A stretch of 50,856 nt of DNA, from positions 1 through 50,856 of IMG/VR virus record IMGVR_UViG_3300028806_000015; one strand, 5' to 3'. Below the pieces are notes generated by a model. That model worked only from the letters and a program-made list of their open reading frames with translations. It was not told where the DNA came from and ran no database searches. Position numbers and translations under genes: made by a program. This document shows positions 18,159 through 25,668 of this stretch, piece by piece. How positions within the stretch are numbered: position 1 is the first letter of the stretch; the number at the start of each line of letters is the position of its first letter. The stretch comes from a virus. Lineage: Duplodnaviria > Caudoviricetes.

Positions 18159-18593
18159 GTGAATTTAGTAATGATAGAAGGGTTTGTTGGACTTGATCCT
18201 AAATTCATCCCCTGTAAAAATGGGCTCGAATTGGTTAAATTAAGTGTAGCTACTACCGAAAAATGGAAAGATAGAGCCTCCCAAGAGGATCGATCTAAAA
18301 CTGAATGGCACAATGTTACAATTTTTGAATTGGAATGTGTACAATATGTAAAAGAACATGTGCGAAAAGGATCTCTCGTGTATCTGGAAGGACAATTGGT
18401 TACTAATAAATGGCACGACAAAGATGGCGTAAATAAGAAATCAGTAGACATCGTAGTGCTGAAAAAAAATAAACATAAAATATATTTAAAAGAAAAAGGG
18501 GAACAGGTAAATCAAAATAATCAACAAACACAGAATACAGATGAAATTTCTATGTATTCAATGTTTCTAGAAGACGATAGAGTTCCTTTTTAA
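18159..18593 (+). CDS. ssb: Single-stranded DNA-binding protein
   Basis: NLVMIEGFVGLDP, LSVATTEKWKD, TEWHNV, KGSLVYLEGQL; acidic DDRVPF tail. Confidence 0.97.
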   Translation: MNLVMIEGFVGLDPKFIPCKNGLELVKLSVATTEKWKDRASQEDRSKTEWHNVTIFELECVQYVKEHVRKGSLVYLEGQLVTNKWHDKDGVNKKSVDIVVLKKNKHKIYLKEKGEQVNQNNQQTQNTDEISMYSMFLEDDRVPF

Positions 18594-18621
18594 AACTCAA
18601 ATTAAATTGATTGGAAATCCA

Positions 18622-19041
18622 ATGCAAAATGAATTAAAAAAAGAAAAATATTCCAGACATCACGGACCCCACCTGTTTCAGAAGGGACATACCCTCTCAA
18701 AAGGTAAGGGAAGACCTCCTGGAAGTAACGATTCTGGAAGAATAGAACTTACCAAAATGTTCTTACAGAGATGTAAGGAAGATTGGCCAAAGCTTATGGA
18801 TCAAATCTTCGAACAAGCCCATAAAGGTAACCAGAGGATGCTGGCAATGATTGTTGAGTTCGCTATGGCTAAGCCTACACACATTACTATAGAAGCAGAA
18901 GCACCAAGGCAGATCGAGACTCTGGACGATGCAGATAATATGTCAACTACAGAGCTGAGAGCGATTATGACGCAATATGTACAGAGTAAAAGGATCGAAG
19001 GATTACCCATAGATCAGAATGGGGAGCTGCTTGTTGGATAA
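18622..19041 (+). CDS. Probable terminase small subunit-like protein
   Basis: FQKGHTLSKGKGRPPGS motif typical of TerS N-termini; upstream of terL. Confidence 0.55.
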   Translation: MQNELKKEKYSRHHGPHLFQKGHTLSKGKGRPPGSNDSGRIELTKMFLQRCKEDWPKLMDQIFEQAHKGNQRMLAMIVEFAMAKPTHITIEAEAPRQIETLDDADNMSTTELRAIMTQYVQSKRIEGLPIDQNGELLVG

Positions 19042-19273
19042 AGAACTAGTTAGAGCGCCTCAGTGTTCGATTCCGATTGTTCTGGAAGCGAAAGCACGGA
19101 AGCTCTTATGCATTGCATTAGGAGAAGAGGGTGAAGACATGGCCAACACTCACAACATTGGGTGCGTTATGGTTCCAGAGCATGTGAAGCTTCCTGAAGG
19201 AACAAAGGCATTGATCTTAGATAAAATGACTATTTGTGAATATCGTAATGGAGAATGGGAGAGAGAAGAGTGA
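19019..19273 (+). CDS. Hypothetical protein
   Basis: 84 aa, overlapping operon arrangement. Confidence 0.5.
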   Translation: MGSCLLDKELVRAPQCSIPIVLEAKARKLLCIALGEEGEDMANTHNIGCVMVPEHVKLPEGTKALILDKMTICEYRNGEWEREE

Positions 19274-19506
19274 CAGATGATATGTTTGACATGCCTTTTA
19301 TAGAAAGAAGTCCTTTGTGGAAGACTATTGATCCGGAGCCTGAAGATGAAGAGAAGCTACTTTTTTGGCTCGGGATTGAAAAAGGTGGAATCACAAAGGA
19401 GCAACAGGAAAGATTAGTAGAGATGTCTCCTGGGTTGACACCAGAGGAGTTTCAGGCAGAATATAAAAGAATGGAACAAGAAAATGACTCAAATAACAAA
19501 ATCTAA
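19255..19506 (+). CDS. Hypothetical protein
   Basis: 83 aa acidic ORF. Confidence 0.5.
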   Translation: MGERRVTDDMFDMPFIERSPLWKTIDPEPEDEEKLLFWLGIEKGGITKEQQERLVEMSPGLTPEEFQAEYKRMEQENDSNNKI

Positions 19507-19699
19507 GTCATTGCGAGAACAGCTAGCAGATCCTTCATCATATGTAAGGCCGGCTGTCTCTTGGGATCCTGATAAACAAGAATGGGTAGAATTATCTGTT
19601 CATCCGTATTATAAAAACTTCACTAAAGACGAACGAAATGAGTTAGAAGATTTTATTGTTACGTACTCTACGAACGCGTATTCTCAAAAAGAGGATTAA
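19484..19699 (+). CDS. Hypothetical protein
   Basis: 71-aa ORF. Confidence 0.5.
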   Translation: MTQITKSKSLREQLADPSSYVRPAVSWDPDKQEWVELSVHPYYKNFTKDERNELEDFIVTYSTNAYSQKED

Positions 19700-19799
19700 T
19701 TTCAAGAGTTTCTGTTAGATGTGATTAATAAAGAGAATCCCAATCATTTTATCGAGAGTCAGTATGATAAAAAGTTGGATAAGTGGGTTTTTAAAGTAG

Positions 19800-20006
19800 G
19801 TGAATGTATATTCAAGGTTTTTGATTGGAATGATAGAAGATAAGACGAAAAAGTTACTGGATCCTCGACGTTTAAAGAGACAGGCAAGAAAGAAGAATTG
19901 GGGTAAAAAAGCAGATGCAAAGATGTTAGATGATATTCTGAAGGAGCTGCATAGGGATATTACGCCTTTGGGAAGATTTTTATTGGCAGAGACAATTTTA
20001 GAGTAA
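19800..20006 (+). CDS. Basic hypothetical protein
   Basis: 68-aa ORF; start uncertain. Confidence 0.4.
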   Translation: MNVYSRFLIGMIEDKTKKLLDPRRLKRQARKKNWGKKADAKMLDDILKELHRDITPLGRFLLAETILE

Positions 20007-20018
20007 TGGAGTGTTTTT

Positions 20019-20198
20019 ATGCAAAAGATAATCAAAAATGGTGTCACGGTTGTACTTGAAGAATGTTCCGATGATATAAAGACCATCTCTTTTGAAGATT
20101 CTCCCAAAGAGTTTCAAGAATGGTTTTTAAAAAATCTTCCTGAAATTGAAGAGCAGGTTAATCAGATTCATGAAGCATATTTTTCAACAACGCATTGA
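20019..20198 (+). CDS. Small hypothetical protein (59 aa, not in ORF track)
   Basis: MQKIIKNGVT...; GGAG RBS. Confidence 0.45.
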   Translation: MQKIIKNGVTVVLEECSDDIKTISFEDSPKEFQEWFLKNLPEIEEQVNQIHEAYFSTTH

Positions 20199-20242
20199 AG
20201 TATGCTTTGATTACAACTTGATTGATATTATGGAGTTAATAG

Positions 20243-20428
20243 ATGAAGGATAGTAAGTTTATTGATGAAAGGATCAGATTTAGTGAGGATCCTTTTTCAA
20301 CGGATTATAAACAATATATTCTGTCTCCTGTATTTAAACAACATAAGGGAAGAAAAGCTTTAAAAAAGCTGAGTCTGTCGAAGAAAAGATTTGATTATTA
20401 TGTGGATTCTTTGAGTAGAAACAAATAA
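20243..20428 (+). CDS. Hypothetical protein
   Basis: GGAG RBS; ends immediately before tRNA-Gln. Confidence 0.45.
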   Translation: MKDSKFIDERIRFSEDPFSTDYKQYILSPVFKQHKGRKALKKLSLSKKRFDYYVDSLSRNK

Positions 20429-20502
20429 TGGGGTGTCGTCTAAAGGTAGGACACCTGGCTTTGGACCAGTGAATATAGGTTCGATTCCTGTCGTCCCAAC
20501 CA
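20429..20502 (+). tRNA. tRNA-Gln (TTG)
   Basis: Acceptor TGGGGTG/CGTCCCA, anticodon loop CT-TTG-GA, T-arm ATAGG-TTCGATT-CCTGT, encoded CCA. Confidence 0.92.
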
Positions 20503-20509
20503 GATATAT

Positions 20510-20634
20510 AAGGACATAGCTTAGCGGTAAAGCAACTCGGAATAAGAATTGAGATATTGATTGGCGATGGTAGTAGCACTTATCAAGATTTTTAGGAGAG
20601 GAAGTCATGAGTTCAAATCTCATTGTCCCTACCA
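20510..20634 (+). tRNA. tRNA-like RNA with ~50-nt insertion in the anticodon arm; anticodon unassignable
   Basis: Acceptor AAGGACA/TGTCCCT + ACCA, D-arm GCTT-AGCGGTA-AAGC, T-arm ATGAG-TTCAAAT-CTCAT; 125 nt. Confidence 0.65.
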
Positions 20635-20671
20635 GATAAGAGGATGTTGTCCCTAACAGATAAGAGGATGT
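20624..20671. repeat. 24-bp tandem duplication of the tRNA-like 3' end
   Basis: TGTCCCTA(C/A)CAGATAAGAGGATGT twice. Confidence 0.9.
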
Positions 20672-20672
20672 A

Positions 20673-21194
20673 ATGAGTAAAGAATTGAAAACTAAGGAAG
20701 AGTTCGAAGAAGTTTTAAAGAATAGAAATATTCAATGGTTCCCTACTGGTCCTTATGACGGAAGAATTAGCGGCCAATTTGAGGGAGTTTTTGCTGACAT
20801 AGATTTTGATATGAAATTTGAACCCTATCTTGATTATGTACTTACAGCTACTTCGCCTGGTTCGGATAATATGTTGGCAATTACGCTTCAAGAGACTAAC
20901 GACTTTCATAACATGGGATTTGATTATCTAAGAAATAGAATAGATTGCTTAAGCAAATGTTTTAAACAGATAGCTGAAATGGTTGTGTGTGATTATTATT
21001 TTGCGGGATTAGGGTTCACAAAAGACGGCAACACACATGAACAAGACTACGGCGATATTTACTGGGAGTCTTATTTTATAAATATGCAGAATGAAGAATT
21101 GTATTCTAAGATATTTAAAAGAATTCAACAGAATTATCCTGTACCTATACGTGGGAAATTTTGGTGTTGTGAGGACGAGAGAGGAAAGGCTTGA
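20673..21194 (+). CDS. Hypothetical protein
   Basis: 173-aa ORF, GAGG RBS. Confidence 0.7.
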   Translation: MSKELKTKEEFEEVLKNRNIQWFPTGPYDGRISGQFEGVFADIDFDMKFEPYLDYVLTATSPGSDNMLAITLQETNDFHNMGFDYLRNRIDCLSKCFKQIAEMVVCDYYFAGLGFTKDGNTHEQDYGDIYWESYFINMQNEELYSKIFKRIQQNYPVPIRGKFWCCEDERGKA

Positions 21195-21197
21195 TAT

Positions 21198-21584
21198 GTG
21201 ACGAAAAAATTTCTGTATAACTTAGCAAGGAAACATCAATTGGAAGAAAGTTCAAGAGGCATGTGTGCGGAGGAACTTCTGGCGAGAGACGCAAATGTTC
21301 CTGTGGTATCTCTAGAGCAGATTAAAAATTTGCCGAACACTGAAGGAGAACAAGCTTTCATTCGTGACAAAGGTTATGTATGTGAATGGAATGGAAGTAA
21401 ATGGATAAGAGCTAAGTCTTTTGGTCGTGGCGGTATTACTTATCAGGGATGGGTTGAGTCCTTGCCGGCCAGAGATGAAGAAGATGCTCAAAAATATGGA
21501 ATATTTCCTGTTGATGAATTACGTTTAAAAGAAATAGAGAAGAAGCGACAAGATAACAGAAAAAGTTTATCGATCAATGAATGA
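21198..21584 (+). CDS. Hypothetical protein
   Basis: 128 aa; GEQAFIRD...EWNGSKW motif resembles ORF 19019 and the fibre termini. Confidence 0.55.
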   Translation: MTKKFLYNLARKHQLEESSRGMCAEELLARDANVPVVSLEQIKNLPNTEGEQAFIRDKGYVCEWNGSKWIRAKSFGRGGITYQGWVESLPARDEEDAQKYGIFPVDELRLKEIEKKRQDNRKSLSINE

Positions 21585-21662
21585 TATGGATATCGTTATT
21601 AATTGAAAAATAAGTAAGTGTGTATTAAATATTAAACAAATGTTCTTAGTCTTAAGGAATTT

Positions 21663-23252
21663 GTGGAAAGAGAATACACAGAAGCAGAAATAGCAATCGT
21701 AGCAGAGGCCCTTGAAGCAAGGCTTGCTGCTGAAGAATCCCTGTACGAGTTCACTAAACAAGCATGGCCGTCTGTTGAGGGGAATATCCCTTTTGTTGGT
21801 GGCTGGCACATGGAGATTATCTGCAAATGCCTTGAATCTCTCTTTAGACGTGAGTTTAAAGACGGCTTGTTCAATGTCCCGCCAGGCACTAGCAAGACAA
21901 CCTTGATAAGCATTATGTTCCCTGTGTGGTGTTGGATTCATGATGTTGAAGAAACGTTCATGTGTGCATCTTATGCCGCTGCTGTGTCTTTGGAACAATC
22001 TTTGAAGTGTAGACGATTATTGGAGTCTGAATGGTTTCAATCAAGGTGGGGTGATAGAGTTAAGCTGGCTTCAGATCAAAGTGCTAAGGGATTCTTCTAC
22101 AACAGTTGTTTTGGGTATAGGATTGCAACCTCTGTTACTGGTGCTACAACTGGGCGACGGGCTGCAATTAAGATTGCAGATGATCCGAATGATGTGAATG
22201 ATGCTTATTCAGAAGTAAAAATACAAGGTGCTGCTAATTGGTGGAACCAGGTATGGCCGAGCAGGTCTAAGGATCCAAAGAAAGACATTCGTATTGTGGT
22301 TCAACAAAGAGTGGGCGAGAGAGATATTTCTGGATTGATTCTGAATTCTGACAATGCAGATTCATGGTTAAAGCTTATCTTGCCAATGGAGTTTGATCCA
22401 TCTAACAAATGCACGATCACATTCCCTAATGGGGAAGTGTGGGAAGATCCAAGAACTGAAGAGGGACAATTGCTTTGCGAAGATCGTATCGGCCCAAGAC
22501 AGATTGCGAGTTTTAAGTCTCATTTGGGGGAGTATGGATATGCCGGTCAATATCAGCAACGACCTAGCCCAATGGCCGGAGGTATTATTAAGAGGCATTG
22601 GTTTATCTTGTGGGATAAATTAACTCCTCCGGACATTGAATATGTGGTGCAGAGTTGGGATACAGCTTATGGGGAAAAGGAATCTAATTGCTATTCTGCA
22701 TGCACTACGTGGGGAATATTCAAAATATCTGGTGACACACGCGGATTAATTTTGTTAAGTTTATGGAGAGGGCGCGTAGGTTTTCCAGAACTAAGGGTAA
22801 TGGCACAACGTCTTTATAGAGATTATAGAGATGACGGGGAAATTACTTTGACTCCTAGCACGAACTTTAGACCGGACTATGTGTTAATAGAAGAGAAGAT
22901 GACGGGAGGACCTTTAATACAAGAATTAACCAGAGCGGGAATTCCGGTCATAGGATTTAATCCAGGAAAATATGGGGACAAATCTAAAAGGGTTCATATG
23001 ATAACGCCTCTGTTAGAAGCAGGCCGTGTGTACGTTCCGGGGAAGCCTCCTTTTTATAAGGAACCACGGAAATTTGCTGAAACTTTGGTAGAAGAGTGCG
23101 TTAAGTTTAACCCTCTTAGCATAACTGATCGCGACCTTGTGGACACCATGACGCAAGCTTTGATTAGACTGAATCGGTCTGGTTGGATTATGCATCCAAG
23201 TGACGATGACAGGTCTGATACAAGCATTAGAATTAAGAAACCGATTTATTAA
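21663..23252 (+). CDS. terL: Terminase large subunit
   Basis: NVPPGTSKT Walker A, IADDP Walker B, VVQQR, YAGQYQQRP, QSWDTA nuclease motif, DLVDTMTQAL. Confidence 0.96.
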   Translation: MEREYTEAEIAIVAEALEARLAAEESLYEFTKQAWPSVEGNIPFVGGWHMEIICKCLESLFRREFKDGLFNVPPGTSKTTLISIMFPVWCWIHDVEETFMCASYAAAVSLEQSLKCRRLLESEWFQSRWGDRVKLASDQSAKGFFYNSCFGYRIATSVTGATTGRRAAIKIADDPNDVNDAYSEVKIQGAANWWNQVWPSRSKDPKKDIRIVVQQRVGERDISGLILNSDNADSWLKLILPMEFDPSNKCTITFPNGEVWEDPRTEEGQLLCEDRIGPRQIASFKSHLGEYGYAGQYQQRPSPMAGGIIKRHWFILWDKLTPPDIEYVVQSWDTAYGEKESNCYSACTTWGIFKISGDTRGLILLSLWRGRVGFPELRVMAQRLYRDYRDDGEITLTPSTNFRPDYVLIEEKMTGGPLIQELTRAGIPVIGFNPGKYGDKSKRVHMITPLLEAGRVYVPGKPPFYKEPRKFAETLVEECVKFNPLSITDRDLVDTMTQALIRLNRSGWIMHPSDDDRSDTSIRIKKPIY

Positions 23253-23267
23253 AGGAGAATTAAATGG

Positions 23268-23744
23268 ATGGAAGATAAAGAACACATAACGTATTGTGTA
23301 AATGAGTATTTAGAAAATAATATAGATGAATTAATTATTAAAATAAAAGAAAGGGAAAAAGAAATGGAAGACAATGGAATTATTCAAGAGCAAGCCGCAC
23401 CCATTAGCACAGGAGAGGCATCTATTACTGATGTTGAGGAGATTTTAGAACAATCTGCATCAGATTCTGAAACACAAGAAGAACAGGCTGCTGAACCCCC
23501 CACTATTCCTGTACATGAGACTTTTACGGTGCAAGACAATCTAAATGGACAGAATTTTCTCTACACGATTGATGTACCTACTTATCATATCAGCAAGATG
23601 CTAGGACAAATGGCTTTCATTTTGAATGCAGTTAATGAGAACTTATCTTCTTTTAATGCGCATATGGATTCTCATGGAAAAACATTTGATGGAATGTGCA
23701 ATAGATTGACGGATATTTACACAGCACTTGATAGAGCGAAGTAA
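23268..23744 (+). CDS. Acidic hypothetical protein
   Basis: 158 aa, AGGAG RBS. Confidence 0.6.
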   Translation: MEDKEHITYCVNEYLENNIDELIIKIKEREKEMEDNGIIQEQAAPISTGEASITDVEEILEQSASDSETQEEQAAEPPTIPVHETFTVQDNLNGQNFLYTIDVPTYHISKMLGQMAFILNAVNENLSSFNAHMDSHGKTFDGMCNRLTDIYTALDRAK

Positions 23745-23803
23745 TCTAATACTAGATTATGGAATAGTAGACTAAACAATTTAACTACCGGGAGCAAAAT
23801 GAA

Positions 23804-24307
23804 ATGGAATTAGAGACAAAAATAGAGTCAATGCGTGCTTTGTTGGAACTTTTGAATGAGTTAGATAAACCAAATGGGTGTGTTCAGAAATTAGGTTCTG
23901 ATGATTCAGATGACATAAGTAATATATATAAATCGCAAAAAGATATTAATATTAGATTAAGTAGTATAGAAGATAAAATATCAAGGATAGTTGATGTTTT
24001 TGAATTTAATATTCAAGATTTGAAAGATAAAATTGATGTAATATTGAGTCGATCTAATTCTTTAATAAAAATTTCCACTAAACAAAATGTTTTTTTAGAC
24101 TTTGATTCAGCAAAGCAAGAAGTTTTAAATTTCTTTCAAAATCACAATAAGACAGCACAGCCAGCTTATGTAATGCGGAGATTAAACAAAACGATTGATA
24201 AAGACAAGAAGCAAGTTCGGAATGCTATATTGTCTCTTCTTCATGAAGGGAAGTTAAGGAATGTGGCTCGTGGGCATTATGAGATTGTGAGAGAGCAAGA
24301 AGAGTAA
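23804..24307 (+). CDS. Coiled-coil + winged-helix DNA-binding protein
   Basis: C-terminal QVRNAILSLLHEGKLRNVARGHYEI wHTH pattern. Confidence 0.65.
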   Translation: MELETKIESMRALLELLNELDKPNGCVQKLGSDDSDDISNIYKSQKDINIRLSSIEDKISRIVDVFEFNIQDLKDKIDVILSRSNSLIKISTKQNVFLDFDSAKQEVLNFFQNHNKTAQPAYVMRRLNKTIDKDKKQVRNAILSLLHEGKLRNVARGHYEIVREQEE

Positions 24308-24326
24308 GACTTAAGGAATATATTGG

Positions 24327-24355
24327 TTGATTTTTGGTGTTTGTTGAGACAAAAT
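24327..24355 (+). promoter_or_regulatory. Sigma70-like promoter for sRNA cassette 1
   Basis: TTGATT-17 bp-CAAAAT. Confidence 0.4.
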
Positions 24356-24360
24356 TAGGA

Positions 24361-24500
24361 GTACTTTACTTTTACCGTTAATCTAGTACAAAATGCTTTT
24401 GATGTGATTAAGACTAAAGATCTTGACACATCAAGAGTTTACAAAACAGCCCCTCTTAATATCTCCTAAATATATTTACTACACAAGGGGGACTGTTTTT
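24361..24500 (+). ncRNA. Candidate sRNA 1 (three hairpins, last one terminator-like)
   Basis: Stems 24361-24389, 24396-24437 and 24443-24499 followed by a U-tract; CTCCT in the last loop. Confidence 0.45.
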
Positions 24501-24503
24501 CTA

Positions 24504-24532
24504 TTGACTCAATAGTTGATTTGTTTTAGGAT
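24504..24532 (+). promoter_or_regulatory. Sigma70-like promoter for sRNA cassette 2
   Basis: TTGACT-17 bp-TAGGAT. Confidence 0.45.
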
Positions 24533-24540
24533 TCGAGAAT

Positions 24541-24668
24541 ACTTAATTGTCCAAAGCTCAATTAAGTTAAGGGTATTCTTGTTTTTTAATAATGTTCCAA
24601 GAATACTCTATTATAATCCTTACCGTGTATTATTGATTTCTGTTCTATACTTCTCGGTAAGGATTATA
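24541..24668 (+). ncRNA. Candidate sRNA 2 (three hairpins)
   Basis: Stems 24541-24567, 24571-24608 and a perfect 14-bp stem 24612-24625/24655-24668. Confidence 0.45.
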
Positions 24669-24690
24669 TTGTTCCGACTATAAAACTGTA

Positions 24691-25167
24691 TCATTTGTTT
24701 TCTTTATAAATATGAGCATGCGTTAGAGCAATTGCTAAAGCATCTGATGCGTCGGTTGTCAGGTCTTCGGGGCACTCCTTGATTAAAAATTTCATTAGAG
24801 TGTAGACCTGATGTTTCTCTGCGTGTCCATACCCTGTTATAGTCTTTTTTACATGAGTAGATGTGTATTCGGTTATAGGAATGTCATTCATGGCGGCAGC
24901 CAGCAAAAAAGGACCTCGAGAAATTGCGAGCAATAAACTTGATGATCCACTTACGTTTATAAACGTTTTCTCTATCGCCATTTGAGAAGGCTTAAATTCT
25001 TCTATAACTTTCATGGTTTCTAAGTAAATATGTTTAAGTCTTTTTTCAATGGTTTCTCTTGGATTGGTCTTTATCAATCCATGAGCAATATAAAGAGGTT
25101 TGGGGGCATTCTCAATGAGCCCCCAACCACTTATAGTTAGAGCTGGATCAATCCCTAAGATCTTCAT
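24691..25167 (-). CDS. ruvC: Holliday junction resolvase RuvC
   Basis: ILGIDP, MAIEKTF, VKKTITGYGHAEKHQV, DASDALAIA. Confidence 0.97.
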   Translation of the reverse strand: MKILGIDPALTISGWGLIENAPKPLYIAHGLIKTNPRETIEKRLKHIYLETMKVIEEFKPSQMAIEKTFINVSGSSSLLLAISRGPFLLAAAMNDIPITEYTSTHVKKTITGYGHAEKHQVYTLMKFLIKECPEDLTTDASDALAIALTHAHIYKENK

Positions 25168-25522
25168 TCATTTTTTCCTCGCGTTGCATTTTCAAAAAAT
25201 CCTCTAATGGAATGCCGAATTTAAATTTTGTTATTAAAAACATTTTTTCGATCTCAGATATTGTTTGTTGGTTTATTGGTGTAACTAAGCCACTGGAATC
25301 TGGATATTTTCTGTGTATTTTTATCTGTTCAAATTCTTCACGTGTCCAAGAAACAAGATCTCTCATAGTTCTTATGCCTATTTCTATTAATTCCATTCTA
25401 GTATATATAGATAAATAAGGAATATTTATAATCCAAGATTCACAATTTATTTCGTTATACATTTGCATGTGGGAACTGAATTTTTTTGCATTCAAGTCGT
25501 ATTCTATGTCTTTTGTTAGCAT
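25148..25522 (-). CDS. RNA polymerase alpha-CTD-like protein
   Basis: LSIYTRMELIEIGIRTMRDLVSWTREEF...TISEIEKMF...KFGI parallels the RpoA CTD pattern. Confidence 0.55.
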   Translation of the reverse strand: MLTKDIEYDLNAKKFSSHMQMYNEINCESWIINIPYLSIYTRMELIEIGIRTMRDLVSWTREEFEQIKIHRKYPDSSGLVTPINQQTISEIEKMFLITKFKFGIPLEDFLKMQREEKMNEDLRD

Positions 25523-25668
25523 TCCACTTCTTTCTTTTTTTTGAGGTTTTATTAATATTACTGACGAATTTTGATGTAATCATATTTTATCAAAAAATAA
25601 TATGTTCAAAAGATGATTTATTAGTTGTAAAGTAGGATGAGTTGTTTCTCAAAAAGTGATGCTTATTC

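Noticed and set aside
20586-20601. Reading the tRNA-like RNA as an ochre (TTA) suppressor, implying genetic recoding
   Set aside because: The register is ambiguous (TTA, TAG or TTT are all possible), and genes end normally at TAA, TAG and TGA under code 11
20334-20623. Two minus-strand ORFs
   Set aside because: They are antisense to the tRNA genes
24638-24655. Hairpin loop resembling 13924-13942 (possible antisense target in ORF 13408)
   Set aside because: 18-nt low-complexity pyrimidine match with a gap in an AT-rich genome; plausible by chance
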